A program made the translations under genes and the position numbers. Of a stretch of DNA of 59,468 bases, positions 1 through 8,897 are shown piece by piece; the stretch's first letter is position 1, and each line of letters opens with the position of its first letter. Under the pieces are notes generated by a model, which was not told the origin of the DNA, made no database searches, and saw only the letters and a list, made by a program, of their open reading frames with translations. The stretch covers positions 1 to 59,468 of the forward strand of contig CBKXXB010000002.1 in the NCBI GenBank assembly GCA_966685145.1, read 5' to 3'. The DNA is from an uncultured bacterium. GTDB lineage: Bacteria > Patescibacteriota > Saccharimonadia > Saccharimonadales > OFTM59.

Positions 1-6
1 GTGAGT

Positions 7-35
7 AAAAGAAAAGAGCCTCATTACGAGACTCT
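7..35 (-). terminator. Rho-independent terminator candidate downstream of the 62..457 ORF
   Basis: The minus strand reads AGAGUCUC-GUAAU-GAGGCUCU (8 bp stem with one G-U pair), followed by UUUUCUUUU. Confidence 0.6.
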
Positions 36-61
36 GACTTTTAGTAAATAGTACCCTAAAT

Positions 62-457
62 TTAGCGGTTGCTGGCAAGGGCCTGAGCTGCAAAAGCAGT
101 AGGGTCGCAAGCGGCTTCAAAAGCTATAGTCGCCTGTCTGCCCACGTAGGCTGCTACTGCTTTGCCGGCAGGACTGCAATCAGGTGCCGCAGCAATAGGA
201 GCGTCGTCAAAAGCTTCAGGAGTAACAATTACCCGCTCAATGGGAGCCGGTGTTGCATCTACAGGCTCAACAGCTGTTTCGCTGCCCGATCCTGCCACTA
301 ACAGAGAAACCGCTACACCGCTTGCAGCTGCACAAGCGGCAACAAAGCCTTTAAACCTATTTGAAGAAGCGGACCACGCTTTGCGTAAGTCTCTTTCGCT
401 TTGTGTACGACGAGTCAGACCTGCAATCGGGTCCATGTCATAAGCATTTGTTGCCAT
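62..457 (-). CDS. Hypothetical membrane-anchored protein (131 aa form)
   Basis: The tracked ORF 62..718 would overlap the RNase J 3-prime end. An internal ATG at 457 (MATNAYDM...) removes the overlap. There is one hydrophobic helix (FVAACAAASGVAVSLLVAG) and no recognisable domain. Confidence 0.5.
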   Translation of the reverse strand: MATNAYDMDPIAGLTRRTQSERDLRKAWSASSNRFKGFVAACAAASGVAVSLLVAGSGSETAVEPVDATPAPIERVIVTPEAFDDAPIAAAPDCSPAGKAVAAYVGRQATIAFEAACDPTAFAAQALASNR

Positions 458-539
458 CGAATATATTCCCACGCCCCGTTCCTTAAAATTTGTGTCAGGA
501 CGATAATAGGGAAGATTATACCAACAAGGCCTTGCTTTG

Positions 540-2600
540 TCAATCAGTCCGTGCGTCTTGGCCGAGTAGGCGAGCCCGCATCTCTTCAAATCTGCGTTGC
601 TGCTCAAGCGCCAAGTCTTCGGCTGACGGCGGTGAGGCCTTGCCAGGAGTGCCCGTTCCGGCGTCACCGTTCTGCTGCCTAGGCTTGTCCACGCTGCCCG
701 GCTTGCCGCTAATAACATTAACTACAGGGATGACTATGGGACTGCGCTGTGTTTGCTCAAACAAGAAGTGAGTAACGTGTTCTCTTATTTCGACTTTGAA
801 CCGGTCAAGATCTACACGCTTAAATCGCTGCTGCACAGCTCGGCGCAGCTCAGCCCTGAAGGTGTTCATGAGTTCTTCATTATCGCGCATATAAATGAAG
901 CCGCGGCTTATGATGTCGGGGCTGGTTAGAAGAGCACCGGATTTCTTATCGATTGTAAGCACCACGGCCACTAAACCTTCTTCGGCCAGTAGCAGGCGGT
1001 CCTTGATAACCACGCTGCTGACAATAGCTCCCGTCTGGTCCACCAGTACTGTGCCGTTTTGTACGCGCCCTGTTATTTCCATCTTATCCGGGCCCAGCTC
1101 AATCACGTCACCATTCTCGGCATTCACCGTGTTTTTTCGCGGTATGCCCTGCTCTACCGCAATTTCCAGGTGACGCTGTTTTTTAGAGTAAGATCCGTAA
1201 ATCGGGATGAAGAACTTGGGACGCGTTAACTGGATCATGTCTGTGTATTCATCAATGCTGGCGTGGCCTGAAACGTGAAGCGGTCCTACGCCGTCAAGCT
1301 CGTGGGTCATGTGCTGAAAGACATGCACGTTTTTTCGCATCAAGTTATCTACCATATCAGAAATGAGCGCATCGTTGCCGCTCTCCGGAATAGGTGTTGA
1401 GCTTAGGATAACAGTGTCTTGCTCTTTCATTTTTACATGTCGGTGGTCACCATTAGCCATACGCTGTAAAGCAGAACTCGGTTCACCCTGTCCGCCGGTA
1501 CAGACAACTACTACCTCGTCATCTCTAAAGTTCGGTACGGCAGCTATAGGCACGAACGTCCCTTTTGGAATCTTGACAAAGCCAAGGCGCACGGCCATTT
1601 CGAGCGTACTGATCATGCTGCGTCCATCAAGAGCGATTTTACGTCCATGGTGCACTGCCGCGTTAACGATCATCTGGATGCGGTTAATGTTGGTCGAGAA
1701 AATAGCTACAAAAATACGGCCCGGCGCAGTTTCCATAATCTCTACGAAACTCTGCTCCAGCGTACTCTCCGAAGGAGTGCGGCCCAGTCGGTCGGTAGTC
1801 GTAGATTCGCTAAGGAGTGCTAGAACACCTTCCTGTCCGAGCTCTTTGAGGCGTTCCAGATCACTTTTCTCATGATCAAGCGGAGTCGGGTCAAATTTAA
1901 AATCTCCGGTGTTAATGATACGTCCGACCGGCGTATCAAGAACGATGCAGGTACTGCCCGGAATAGCGTGCGTTACACGGACCAGCTCGACAAAGAACGG
2001 TCCTACTTTAAGGCGTTCATGCGTGTTTTCGTTCATTACAACCGTCTTAAGTTCAAAGCCATCCGGCATGGGCAAGCCAAAGTTGCCAAAAATTTCTTCC
2101 ACCCGACCGATGCTGAAGCGCGAGCCGTAAATAGGCGCCGGGAACTTCGGTACAATGTGCGGCAAGCCGCCAATGTGATCAAGGTGACCATGCGTAATGA
2201 TGTAGGCACGTAACTTGGGGCGGATTGACTCTAGGTACGCCGTATCGGCAATGCCGTAGTTAATACCGGGTAAATCTACCCCCAGATCGTTGCCGCAGTC
2301 CATAATGACCGCGTCGTTCATATACTCGACAAGAATCATGTTCTTGGAGCCGCCGCCGTCCATGCCGCCCAGGCCTATAATTTTAAGCTTAGGGCTATCG
2401 TCTATGTAATTGGCGCGCCTTTTGTTCTGATTATCCGGCTCACCGTTGTTAGATGCATATTGGCTGAGGATGCGGTGGGCATCCTCTTGGTTGCGCTTCT
2501 GTGCCCTTAGGGCAGCGCCCCTACTAACTGACCGCCCGCCACTAACAGGTTGCTGCTGGCGTGCATGTGGAGGCCGTTTTGGTTGGTTGTTTTTATTCAT
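540..2600 (-). CDS. rnj: Ribonuclease J (metallo-beta-lactamase / beta-CASP)
   Basis: It has the HGHLDHIGG motif and an IIGLGGMDGGGSKNM N-terminal core, and the length and domain order are typical of RNase J. It also carries a basic N-terminal extension of about 70 aa and a C-terminal tail of about 55 aa. Confidence 0.9.
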   Translation of the reverse strand: MNKNNQPKRPPHARQQQPVSGGRSVSRGAALRAQKRNQEDAHRILSQYASNNGEPDNQNKRRANYIDDSPKLKIIGLGGMDGGGSKNMILVEYMNDAVIMDCGNDLGVDLPGINYGIADTAYLESIRPKLRAYIITHGHLDHIGGLPHIVPKFPAPIYGSRFSIGRVEEIFGNFGLPMPDGFELKTVVMNENTHERLKVGPFFVELVRVTHAIPGSTCIVLDTPVGRIINTGDFKFDPTPLDHEKSDLERLKELGQEGVLALLSESTTTDRLGRTPSESTLEQSFVEIMETAPGRIFVAIFSTNINRIQMIVNAAVHHGRKIALDGRSMISTLEMAVRLGFVKIPKGTFVPIAAVPNFRDDEVVVVCTGGQGEPSSALQRMANGDHRHVKMKEQDTVILSSTPIPESGNDALISDMVDNLMRKNVHVFQHMTHELDGVGPLHVSGHASIDEYTDMIQLTRPKFFIPIYGSYSKKQRHLEIAVEQGIPRKNTVNAENGDVIELGPDKMEITGRVQNGTVLVDQTGAIVSSVVIKDRLLLAEEGLVAVVLTIDKKSGALLTSPDIISRGFIYMRDNEELMNTFRAELRRAVQQRFKRVDLDRFKVEIREHVTHFLFEQTQRSPIVIPVVNVISGKPGSVDKPRQQNGDAGTGTPGKASPPSAEDLALEQQRRFEEMRARLLGQDARTD

Positions 2601-2640
2601 ATATTGTTCATTATCCTTTCTTATCTGTCATAAGTAACAA

Positions 2641-3213
2641 TTAAATAATTTTCTTAATATCTGGAATCCGTGCAAAATCGTCAATCAGGGTCTGTTTCAT
2701 TGCGCCGTTGTACAAGGCGGCCGCAGGGTGAAATAACGGTAAGTATACTCGCCCTTTGTAGCGCTTAGGCTGACCGTGGCATTGACTGATTTGCAGATCC
2801 GGCAGGAAACAATTCAGGCTGTGACGGCCAAGCGTCACAACCAGTTTCGGTTGAATAATTTCCAGCTGGTCCTGCAAGTATGGTAGAAAGGCTGCTTTTT
2901 CCTCCGGTAACGGATCACGATTATTCGGGGGGCGATATTTGACTATGTTGGTAATGTACACGTCTTCGCGCTTCAGCCCGATCATTTCCAGCATTTCATT
3001 CAGGAAACGACCGGCTGCCCCTACAAAAGGTTTGCCCTGTATGTCTTCGTTCTTGCCGGGCGCTTCGCCTATAAACACCAGCTCGGCGTCCGGGCTGCCG
3101 TCTCCAAACACGAGCTGGGTAGCAGTCTTGGCAAGCTCTTCGCAGACCTTATCCTCCAAGACTTTTTGCCGCAAATCGTCGAGAAGCTTTTGTTTACTTT
3201 GCTTTGTTACCAT
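2641..3213 (-). CDS. Uracil-DNA glycosylase, family 4
   Basis: Motifs GEAPGKNED, FVGAAGRFL and HPAAAL; 190 aa. Confidence 0.85.
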   Translation of the reverse strand: MVTKQSKQKLLDDLRQKVLEDKVCEELAKTATQLVFGDGSPDAELVFIGEAPGKNEDIQGKPFVGAAGRFLNEMLEMIGLKREDVYITNIVKYRPPNNRDPLPEEKAAFLPYLQDQLEIIQPKLVVTLGRHSLNCFLPDLQISQCHGQPKRYKGRVYLPLFHPAAALYNGAMKQTLIDDFARIPDIKKII

Positions 3214-3415
3214 GGTTATTTTTTAATGCCTGAATAAATAATCGAATGCCGACCACCAGAAAAACCAAACACCCTAGGTATAGCCAAAAGCTTCCGGTAT
3301 CTATCGCCCAAGAACCTAAGCCGTATGAAATTACTATGCTGACAGCGCCATAGAGGATGAGCGATAGCCGATCGCCCAACCACTTAGATTTTGTGATGTT
3401 ATTGGTTTTTGCCAT
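3194..3415 (-). CDS. Small two-TM membrane protein, hypothetical
   Basis: A 73 aa ORF with an ATG start and two clear hydrophobic helices. It overlaps the pnp stop by 17 nt and the UDG start by 20 nt. Confidence 0.45.
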   Translation of the reverse strand: MAKTNNITKSKWLGDRLSLILYGAVSIVISYGLGSWAIDTGSFWLYLGCLVFLVVGIRLFIQALKNNHGNKAK

Positions 3416-5549
3416 TTTCTTTCTCCCGGGCAGCAGCCTTCATACTGAGGTTTAATCTACCCTTTTCATCGATTGCTACAAGCTTGACTGTAACAAGGTC
3501 GCCCTCTTTGACTACATCACTAGGCTTATTGACTCGCTCTTCTTTCATCTCAGAAACATGCACCAAGCCGTCTTTGCCAGGCATAATTTGCACGAATGCA
3601 CCAAAGTCCATGACACTAACTACAGGGACGTTTTCATAGATCTTGCCCACTTCAGGTTCGGCAGTCAGGTGCTGAATGTATTGAATAGCGCCGTCGATTG
3701 ATTTCTTGTCAGGGCTGGCGATAAAAATTGTTCCATCATCTTTGATATCAATTTCGGCTCCTGTTTCGGCAATAATCTTGTTGATGGTCTCACCGCCCTT
3801 GCCGATAACCTCCCGGATTTTGTCCGGGTTGATTTTAATAGTTTGAACACGAGGGGCGTAAGGGCTTAATTCTTGACGCGGGCCTGAAATTGTCTCCAGC
3901 ATATGCTTCAAAATTTCGGCGCGGCCTTGCTTACCCTGTTCAAGAGCTTGGCGCAGTATATCTATGCCGAGGCCGTGAACCTTCATATCCATCTGGAGCG
4001 CCGTAATGCCCTTCTCTGTACCAGCTACCTTAAAGTCCATGTCTCCTGCAAAATCCTCAGCGTCAGCAATATCACTTAGGATGTACGGTTTGCCGTCTTT
4101 ACCAAGCATTAAGCCCATGGCTATGCCACTGACTGGAGCTTTAAGAGGAACGCCAGCATCCATAAGTGCAAGACAGCTTGAACAAACTGCCGCCATTGAA
4201 GTACTGCCGTTCTGGCTCATGATTTCCGTAACTGAACGGATAGCGTATGGGAATTCTGCTTCGTCAGGCATCACTGCAAGCAGTGCTCGCTCAGCAAGTG
4301 CGGAGTGGCCGATTTCACGGCGGCCCGGGCTGCCTAGTCGCCGTACTTCACCTACCGTATAACCTGGGGCGTTATAGTGGTGCATATACCGTTTCTCGGC
4401 GTCGTTGCGCTCCATAGTATCAAGCATCTGCGCGTAACTCATAGATGCCAGCGTCACAATATTCATAGCTTGCGTAACGCCTCTTGTAAACAAGCTTGAA
4501 CCATGTGCGCGCGGCAAGAAGTTGGTTTCGCTTGAAAGCGGTCGAATCTCGGATAACTTACGGCCGTCGGGACGGGTTTGTTCTTTGACAATACCTTCCC
4601 GGACATCATCATGAATAGCCATGTTGAAGGCCTCATCATAAGCAGCTTTGGCATCTGTAAAATCATCGCCGTATTTTTCCTGAAACTCCAGGTGCATAGT
4701 TTCACGCAGTTTTTGCACAAGAGTGTTGCGTTCCGGATAAGGAGCTCTAAGCGGTTGGCCGAGCTTGCCCTTTACCCAAGCATCAACTTCTTTTCGAACG
4801 TTTTCATCTGGTAAAACAAGTTCATATTCTTGAGACTCTACACCTATTTTTGCTACTAACTGCTTTTGAAGCTTAATAGCCGGCTGCATGGCAGTATGGG
4901 CAAACTGCAAAGCTTCGGCTATCTGTTCCTCAGTCACTTCGCTGGCCCCAGCCTCAACCATCATGATGGCGTCTTCGGTACCGGCTACCACTAGGTCAAG
5001 CGGACCTGCGTTTAATTGTTCAGGTGATGGGAAAGCTGTTAGTTTGCCATCTACGATACCAACACGTAATCCTGCAACAGGCCCTTCAAAAGGAGCGCCT
5101 GTCAGCATGAAAGCTGCGCTCATGGCAATCATAGCCACCATGTCAGGACGGAAGTTTGGGTCCATACTTAGAACCGTTGCTACGCCCTGGACCTCATGCC
5201 GGTAGCCTTTGGGCCACAATGGGCGAATTGGTCGATCAATCAGTCTGCCAATAAGCACCGCGTCGTCGCTCGGCCGACCTTCTCGCTTAATAAATCTGGA
5301 GCCGCTTATCTTACCGGCAGCGTAAAATTTTTCTTCATAATCAATAGAGAGCGGGAAGTAGTCCAGGTTTGTCACCGAACCCCTACCTACCATAGCTGTG
5401 GCAAGTACGACCGTATCACCGTATCGGGCCAGTACAGCGGCAGAGCTACGAAAACCGACACGGTTCACTTCAAGCGTCAGCGTGCGGCCGCACAAGTCTG
5501 TTTCTAATGTAATAATGTCTTTACCGAGCGGGTTAATTGTTTGTCCCAT
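3399..5549 (-). CDS. pnp: Polyribonucleotide nucleotidyltransferase (PNPase)
   Basis: 716 aa with two RNase PH-like halves, a KH region (IREVIGKGGETINKI) and a C-terminal S1 domain (VSVMDFGAFVQI). It sits directly downstream of rpsO, as in many bacteria. Confidence 0.95.
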   Translation of the reverse strand: MGQTINPLGKDIITLETDLCGRTLTLEVNRVGFRSSAAVLARYGDTVVLATAMVGRGSVTNLDYFPLSIDYEEKFYAAGKISGSRFIKREGRPSDDAVLIGRLIDRPIRPLWPKGYRHEVQGVATVLSMDPNFRPDMVAMIAMSAAFMLTGAPFEGPVAGLRVGIVDGKLTAFPSPEQLNAGPLDLVVAGTEDAIMMVEAGASEVTEEQIAEALQFAHTAMQPAIKLQKQLVAKIGVESQEYELVLPDENVRKEVDAWVKGKLGQPLRAPYPERNTLVQKLRETMHLEFQEKYGDDFTDAKAAYDEAFNMAIHDDVREGIVKEQTRPDGRKLSEIRPLSSETNFLPRAHGSSLFTRGVTQAMNIVTLASMSYAQMLDTMERNDAEKRYMHHYNAPGYTVGEVRRLGSPGRREIGHSALAERALLAVMPDEAEFPYAIRSVTEIMSQNGSTSMAAVCSSCLALMDAGVPLKAPVSGIAMGLMLGKDGKPYILSDIADAEDFAGDMDFKVAGTEKGITALQMDMKVHGLGIDILRQALEQGKQGRAEILKHMLETISGPRQELSPYAPRVQTIKINPDKIREVIGKGGETINKIIAETGAEIDIKDDGTIFIASPDKKSIDGAIQYIQHLTAEPEVGKIYENVPVVSVMDFGAFVQIMPGKDGLVHVSEMKEERVNKPSDVVKEGDLVTVKLVAIDEKGRLNLSMKAAAREKENGKNQ

Positions 5550-5682
5550 CTGTGGCCTTTCTGCGGCAGTCGTCTTCAGAGTGCAAATATACGGGCATAG
5601 CCCCTTGTGCTATCGTCGGGCAAGCGTATATCTGTTGCTCTGATGACGAACACCTAATCGTTTCGTTAATGTGCACAAGCTG

Positions 5683-5703
5683 AGTGTCTCCTTAAGAGAC
5701 ACT
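5683..5703 (-). promoter_or_regulatory. Stem-loop in the rpsO-pnp intergenic region (processing/attenuation candidate)
   Basis: A perfect 8 bp stem (AGTGTCTC/GAGACACT) with a 5 nt loop. No U-tract follows on the minus strand. Confidence 0.4.
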
Positions 5704-5717
5704 TGAGTCCATACAAA

Positions 5718-5984
5718 TTAGCGGCGGATACCGAGTTTCTTTATAAGATCAAGATATTGTTTACTATCTTTTTCGGCAATATATTTGAGGAGACGCTTGC
5801 GCTTGCCAACTGCTTGCAAGAGACCTCGACGCGCCATGTAATCATGCTTATTGTTCTTAAGATGAGCCGTAAGCTCTTTAATCTGCTCTGTTAATGCGCC
5901 CACTTGAACGGCACTGCTACCTGTGTCATTCTTCCCTGACTGTAGATCTTTGATAATACTCTGTTTCTTATCAGCTGAAATCAT
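5718..5984 (-). CDS. rpsO: 30S ribosomal protein S15
   Basis: 88 aa with GSSAVQVGALTEQIKELTAHLK and RRGLLQAVGKRKRLLKY. An AAGGAAG ribosome-binding site (RBS) lies upstream of the ATG. Confidence 0.95.
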   Translation of the reverse strand: MISADKKQSIIKDLQSGKNDTGSSAVQVGALTEQIKELTAHLKNNKHDYMARRGLLQAVGKRKRLLKYIAEKDSKQYLDLIKKLGIRR

Positions 5985-6034
5985 GTACTTCCTTAAAACT
6001 CTTAGATTACGAAGAGACTTGTAACGTTGGCTAT

Positions 6035-6063
6035 ATACTAGCAGACTCTTCCCTGTTAATCAA
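6035..6063 (-). promoter_or_regulatory. Sigma-70 type promoter candidate for rpsO-pnp
   Basis: The minus strand reads TTGATT, a 17 nt spacer, then TAGTAT. It lies about 50 nt upstream of the rpsO ATG. Confidence 0.5.
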
Positions 6064-6139
6064 GTACTTAAGTAAGCTAGTTGTATCAGCGGCTAGATTC
6101 CAGGCTCATACAGATGTTTACTAGCTAATAAAATAACTC

Positions 6140-7984
6140 CTAGATCGGCGCTAAAGGATCTTGGGCTTGGTTGTCGTCTTCTTGATTAGGCAATGGCTGT
6201 TCCCCGAAGGTCATAGTAGGCGGCGGTGGAGGCATCATAGGAGGCGGAACCGGAGGCGGCGGGTTAAGGTTGTTTACTTGAGCCGGCGCTTGACCATCTG
6301 TGGCCACATCACTTGGCGGAGCCGAATCAGCTGGCAAACCGGTGCTTTCATCAAGTTTTGTAATGTCAAAGTAATCGTTGGCTTGGGTTGTTGCAGCTGG
6401 CGGCTCTGCCTGAGCTTGAGGAGCGCTGTCTTCAACAGCTTTAGAATCATTATGTCCTAGGTCTAAATTAACCGGTTGGGCACCTAATGCCGCTATAGGC
6501 TCGAGGGGAGCATTTTCATCACCTGCTACTGCCTGGGTAACCGCATCTCGGGCGGCATCAAGATCGACTGATGCGTCAAGCGGTTCCGCTTTTTCCTCCG
6601 GCTGATCAACATGAGGACTTTCTACAGCTTGTTCTATGTCGGCAAGCGTCTGATCATCTTGGCTATCAGTGGCTGCAGTAGCTTGGCCGTCTTGGTTATC
6701 AGCAGCTGTAGTAGGAGGTTCCGGTTGAGCAGTATCTTGAGATTGAGACTGGTTATCGTCAACTACAGGCTCAGCAGCCGGAGGTTCCGAAGCGCTGACC
6801 GGAGCATCATGGCTTAAAAGCGGCATGCTGACAGGCGGCAAATTCAGCGGGTCCACAGATGAACCGGCATCTTCCGGCAAGGCGCTTGCGGTAAGCGTAC
6901 CGCCCATGGACGGTGGTTCCATCATGATTCTGGGAGTATCTGGCAAAGCGTTAGTGTGCTGGTCTTCTTCGGGCGGCGTAGAATCATGAGCCTCTTGATC
7001 TTCACCCGCAGACTCCTCCGAAGAAGGAGCCGCCTCTTCTTTCTCATCAGCTTGATCTTCTTCAGAATCTTGTGCTTGCCCGCCATTCTCATCACCACCA
7101 CCATCATCAGGCTGATTATGGTCAATGCGAAGGGCACCGTCTTCATCAGAGTTGTCATTTTCATCGTTATCACTGGCAGTTGTGCCCTCATTCTCAGCCT
7201 CAGAGGAAGTCTGTGCTGCTTCTTCGCTGACTGCTGCTTCCGGCGCTTCCTGCAGCTTAGTCGCAACAAGCTGCTGGTTCGCACCGGCCGCCATAAGTTT
7301 GGCACTGATGCTCATAGTAATTGAGGTAGTTCGCTGATTACTGAAGCGATCGGTTTCGGCAACTATGCCCGTCAAAAGAGCCGTAGCCATCTGAGCATCA
7401 AAAACATCGCTTTTCAGAGTAACGCCAAGCTCGGCTAGCATTTCACATAAGCTGCTGGCCTGAGGGTCAACCCAGGTGATGCTGCCCAAACTTCCGTTTG
7501 GCTGAGTGTTAATGGTCATAATAGTCGCATCGTGCAATATGCGGCCGTGAGCAGTTATTGCCTGGTCAAGGTCTTGCTGTTCATGCACCCCAAGAGCAAC
7601 CACCACGTCAACGTTAAAATCACCATGGCTGAATTCTAGGTCTTCCTGGCCGATAGAAGTACGGTACGGTGTAATAAATATCTTTACCTGCTTCTCTTCA
7701 ACCTTGTAACGGAGTTTGTCGGCTTTTGATTTATCAAGCGCGATAATAAAGTCGCGCAAGGAGTCAGTGTTGCTCTCCAGTGTCTGTTCTGGTTGGAGAA
7801 ATTCAATAGTAGAAGGAGTTTGCCCGCTGAAAACCGCCGTAGCGTGCTTGCCCAGCTTATTCAAAAGCAAAGTTAATCCTATAGCCCCGGCCAATTGGTC
7901 AACTGACGGATTATTGCTTACCGTCACTAGGACATTATTGGCTTCCTTGAGGCGTGCGACCGCTGACGCTTTCGGATTTTCCAT
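6140..7984 (-). CDS. Degenerate DHH/NrnA-like N-terminal domain fused to a ~370 aa acidic, Pro/Gln/Ala-rich low-complexity tail
   Basis: The N-terminal ~245 aa follow the DHH-family layout (LLTGIVAETDRF resembles motif IV), but the DxD and DHH motifs are replaced (NPSVDQLAG, ALGVHEQ). The remainder is low-complexity and ends in NPPPPVPPPMMPPPPPT. Confidence 0.7.
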   Translation of the reverse strand: MENPKASAVARLKEANNVLVTVSNNPSVDQLAGAIGLTLLLNKLGKHATAVFSGQTPSTIEFLQPEQTLESNTDSLRDFIIALDKSKADKLRYKVEEKQVKIFITPYRTSIGQEDLEFSHGDFNVDVVVALGVHEQQDLDQAITAHGRILHDATIMTINTQPNGSLGSITWVDPQASSLCEMLAELGVTLKSDVFDAQMATALLTGIVAETDRFSNQRTTSITMSISAKLMAAGANQQLVATKLQEAPEAAVSEEAAQTSSEAENEGTTASDNDENDNSDEDGALRIDHNQPDDGGGDENGGQAQDSEEDQADEKEEAAPSSEESAGEDQEAHDSTPPEEDQHTNALPDTPRIMMEPPSMGGTLTASALPEDAGSSVDPLNLPPVSMPLLSHDAPVSASEPPAAEPVVDDNQSQSQDTAQPEPPTTAADNQDGQATAATDSQDDQTLADIEQAVESPHVDQPEEKAEPLDASVDLDAARDAVTQAVAGDENAPLEPIAALGAQPVNLDLGHNDSKAVEDSAPQAQAEPPAATTQANDYFDITKLDESTGLPADSAPPSDVATDGQAPAQVNNLNPPPPVPPPMMPPPPPTMTFGEQPLPNQEDDNQAQDPLAPI

Positions 7985-8074
7985 ACTTTTTGTTTTTAAG
8001 CTTAACCTCTAGAGAAAAGACTACCATAGAACATAAGCACTGTCTATATGCAAAAATGCAAATGTCAGCTCTTC

Positions 8075-8103
8075 TTTACAAACAGTTTAGCTCTCGCTAT
8101 AGT
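8075..8103 (+). promoter_or_regulatory. Sigma-70 type promoter candidate for rpsT
   Basis: TTTACA, a 17 nt spacer, then TATAGT. An AAGGAAG RBS lies 6 nt before the ATG at 8145. Confidence 0.5.
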
Positions 8104-8144
8104 TGACCTTCGATTAAGCAATAACTTTAATAAGGAAGCTATAC

Positions 8145-8528
8145 ATGCCCATTATCAAATCTGCCCGTAAGCGCGTACGTGTAACTCGAAAAGCTACTGC
8201 ACGCAACGTTAAAACCAAGCGCAGTCTAAAGACCGCCCTTAAGTCGTTTCACTCCGCGCTCAGCGGCAACAAGAAGGCATCTGATGCCCACAAAAAGGCG
8301 CAAAGCGCTCTAGATAAGGCTGCCAAAAAAGGCATAGTTCACAAGAATAAGGTTGCACGTAAAAAACGCCAGCTAGCCGCCAAGGCCAAAGCTGCCGCCG
8401 GTGTCAGCAAGAAAGCTACGGTTAATAAGAAGCCCGTTGCAAAGAAATCCCCTGCTAAGAAAACTGCAACCAAAAAAGCCACGACCAAGAAGCCGGCTGC
8501 TAAGAAAACCGCGACCAAGAAGAAGTAA
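8145..8528 (+). CDS. rpsT: 30S ribosomal protein S20 with Lys/Ala/Thr-rich C-terminal extension
   Basis: The N-terminus (MPIIKSARKRVRVTRKATARN...KGIVHKNKVARKKRQL) is typical S20. The last ~40 aa are repeats of the KKxxAKK type. Confidence 0.9.
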   Translation: MPIIKSARKRVRVTRKATARNVKTKRSLKTALKSFHSALSGNKKASDAHKKAQSALDKAAKKGIVHKNKVARKKRQLAAKAKAAAGVSKKATVNKKPVAKKSPAKKTATKKATTKKPAAKKTATKKK

Positions 8529-8641
8529 CTGCCGGGCCTTGTCCGCCCATCCAATAACTAGAGCACCTGTGACGCTTGCGATTTATTTAACAGCTTTAGT
8601 TTGTTATCCGTATTACCTTGGTGATACAACCGGAGGCTGGA

Positions 8642-8878
8642 ATGGACAATAACCGTACATCTAAATTGGTTCCCCTTCTCCTGTTAATAACGATGTCCGT
8701 ATCAGTTATAGCCCTAGTACTGGCCGTAAACGCCAACAGGCAATCAAAGGATGCACAAGACAAAGTACGCACTCATCACCACAGCTCAACCACTTCCGGA
8801 ACTGAGGTTAAAGAGAACGACACCAGAGGCCCAGATTATCTGATGGACGGCTCCAACTCACCTGCCCCTACCCAATAA
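8642..8878 (+). CDS. Small membrane-anchored hypothetical protein
   Basis: An ATG at 8642 is preceded by GGAGG (8632-8636). There is one TM helix (LVPLLLLITMSVSVIALVLAV). The tracked TTG start at 8618 is less likely. Confidence 0.55.
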   Translation: MDNNRTSKLVPLLLLITMSVSVIALVLAVNANRQSKDAQDKVRTHHHSSTTSGTEVKENDTRGPDYLMDGSNSPAPTQ

Positions 8879-8897
8879 ATGCCGCCCTGGCTAAGAA

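Noticed and set aside
458-718. N-terminal 87 aa of the tracked ORF 62..718.
   Set aside because: It would overlap the RNase J coding region by 179 nt in another frame. The internal ATG at 457 gives a compact, non-overlapping gene.
6922-7337. Three ORFs of 70-127 aa (6922..7305 minus; 6956..7324 and 7125..7337 plus) inside the DHH-like gene.
   Set aside because: They are out-of-frame or antisense shadows of the low-complexity acidic tail. Their composition (runs of R/K/L or S/L) mirrors the repetitive GAA/GAT-rich coding strand.
8339-8554. 71 aa minus-strand ORF opposite the S20 tail.
   Set aside because: It is the antisense shadow of the AAG/GCN-rich Lys/Ala repeat (it reads as an F/L/A repeat), and it has no expression signals.
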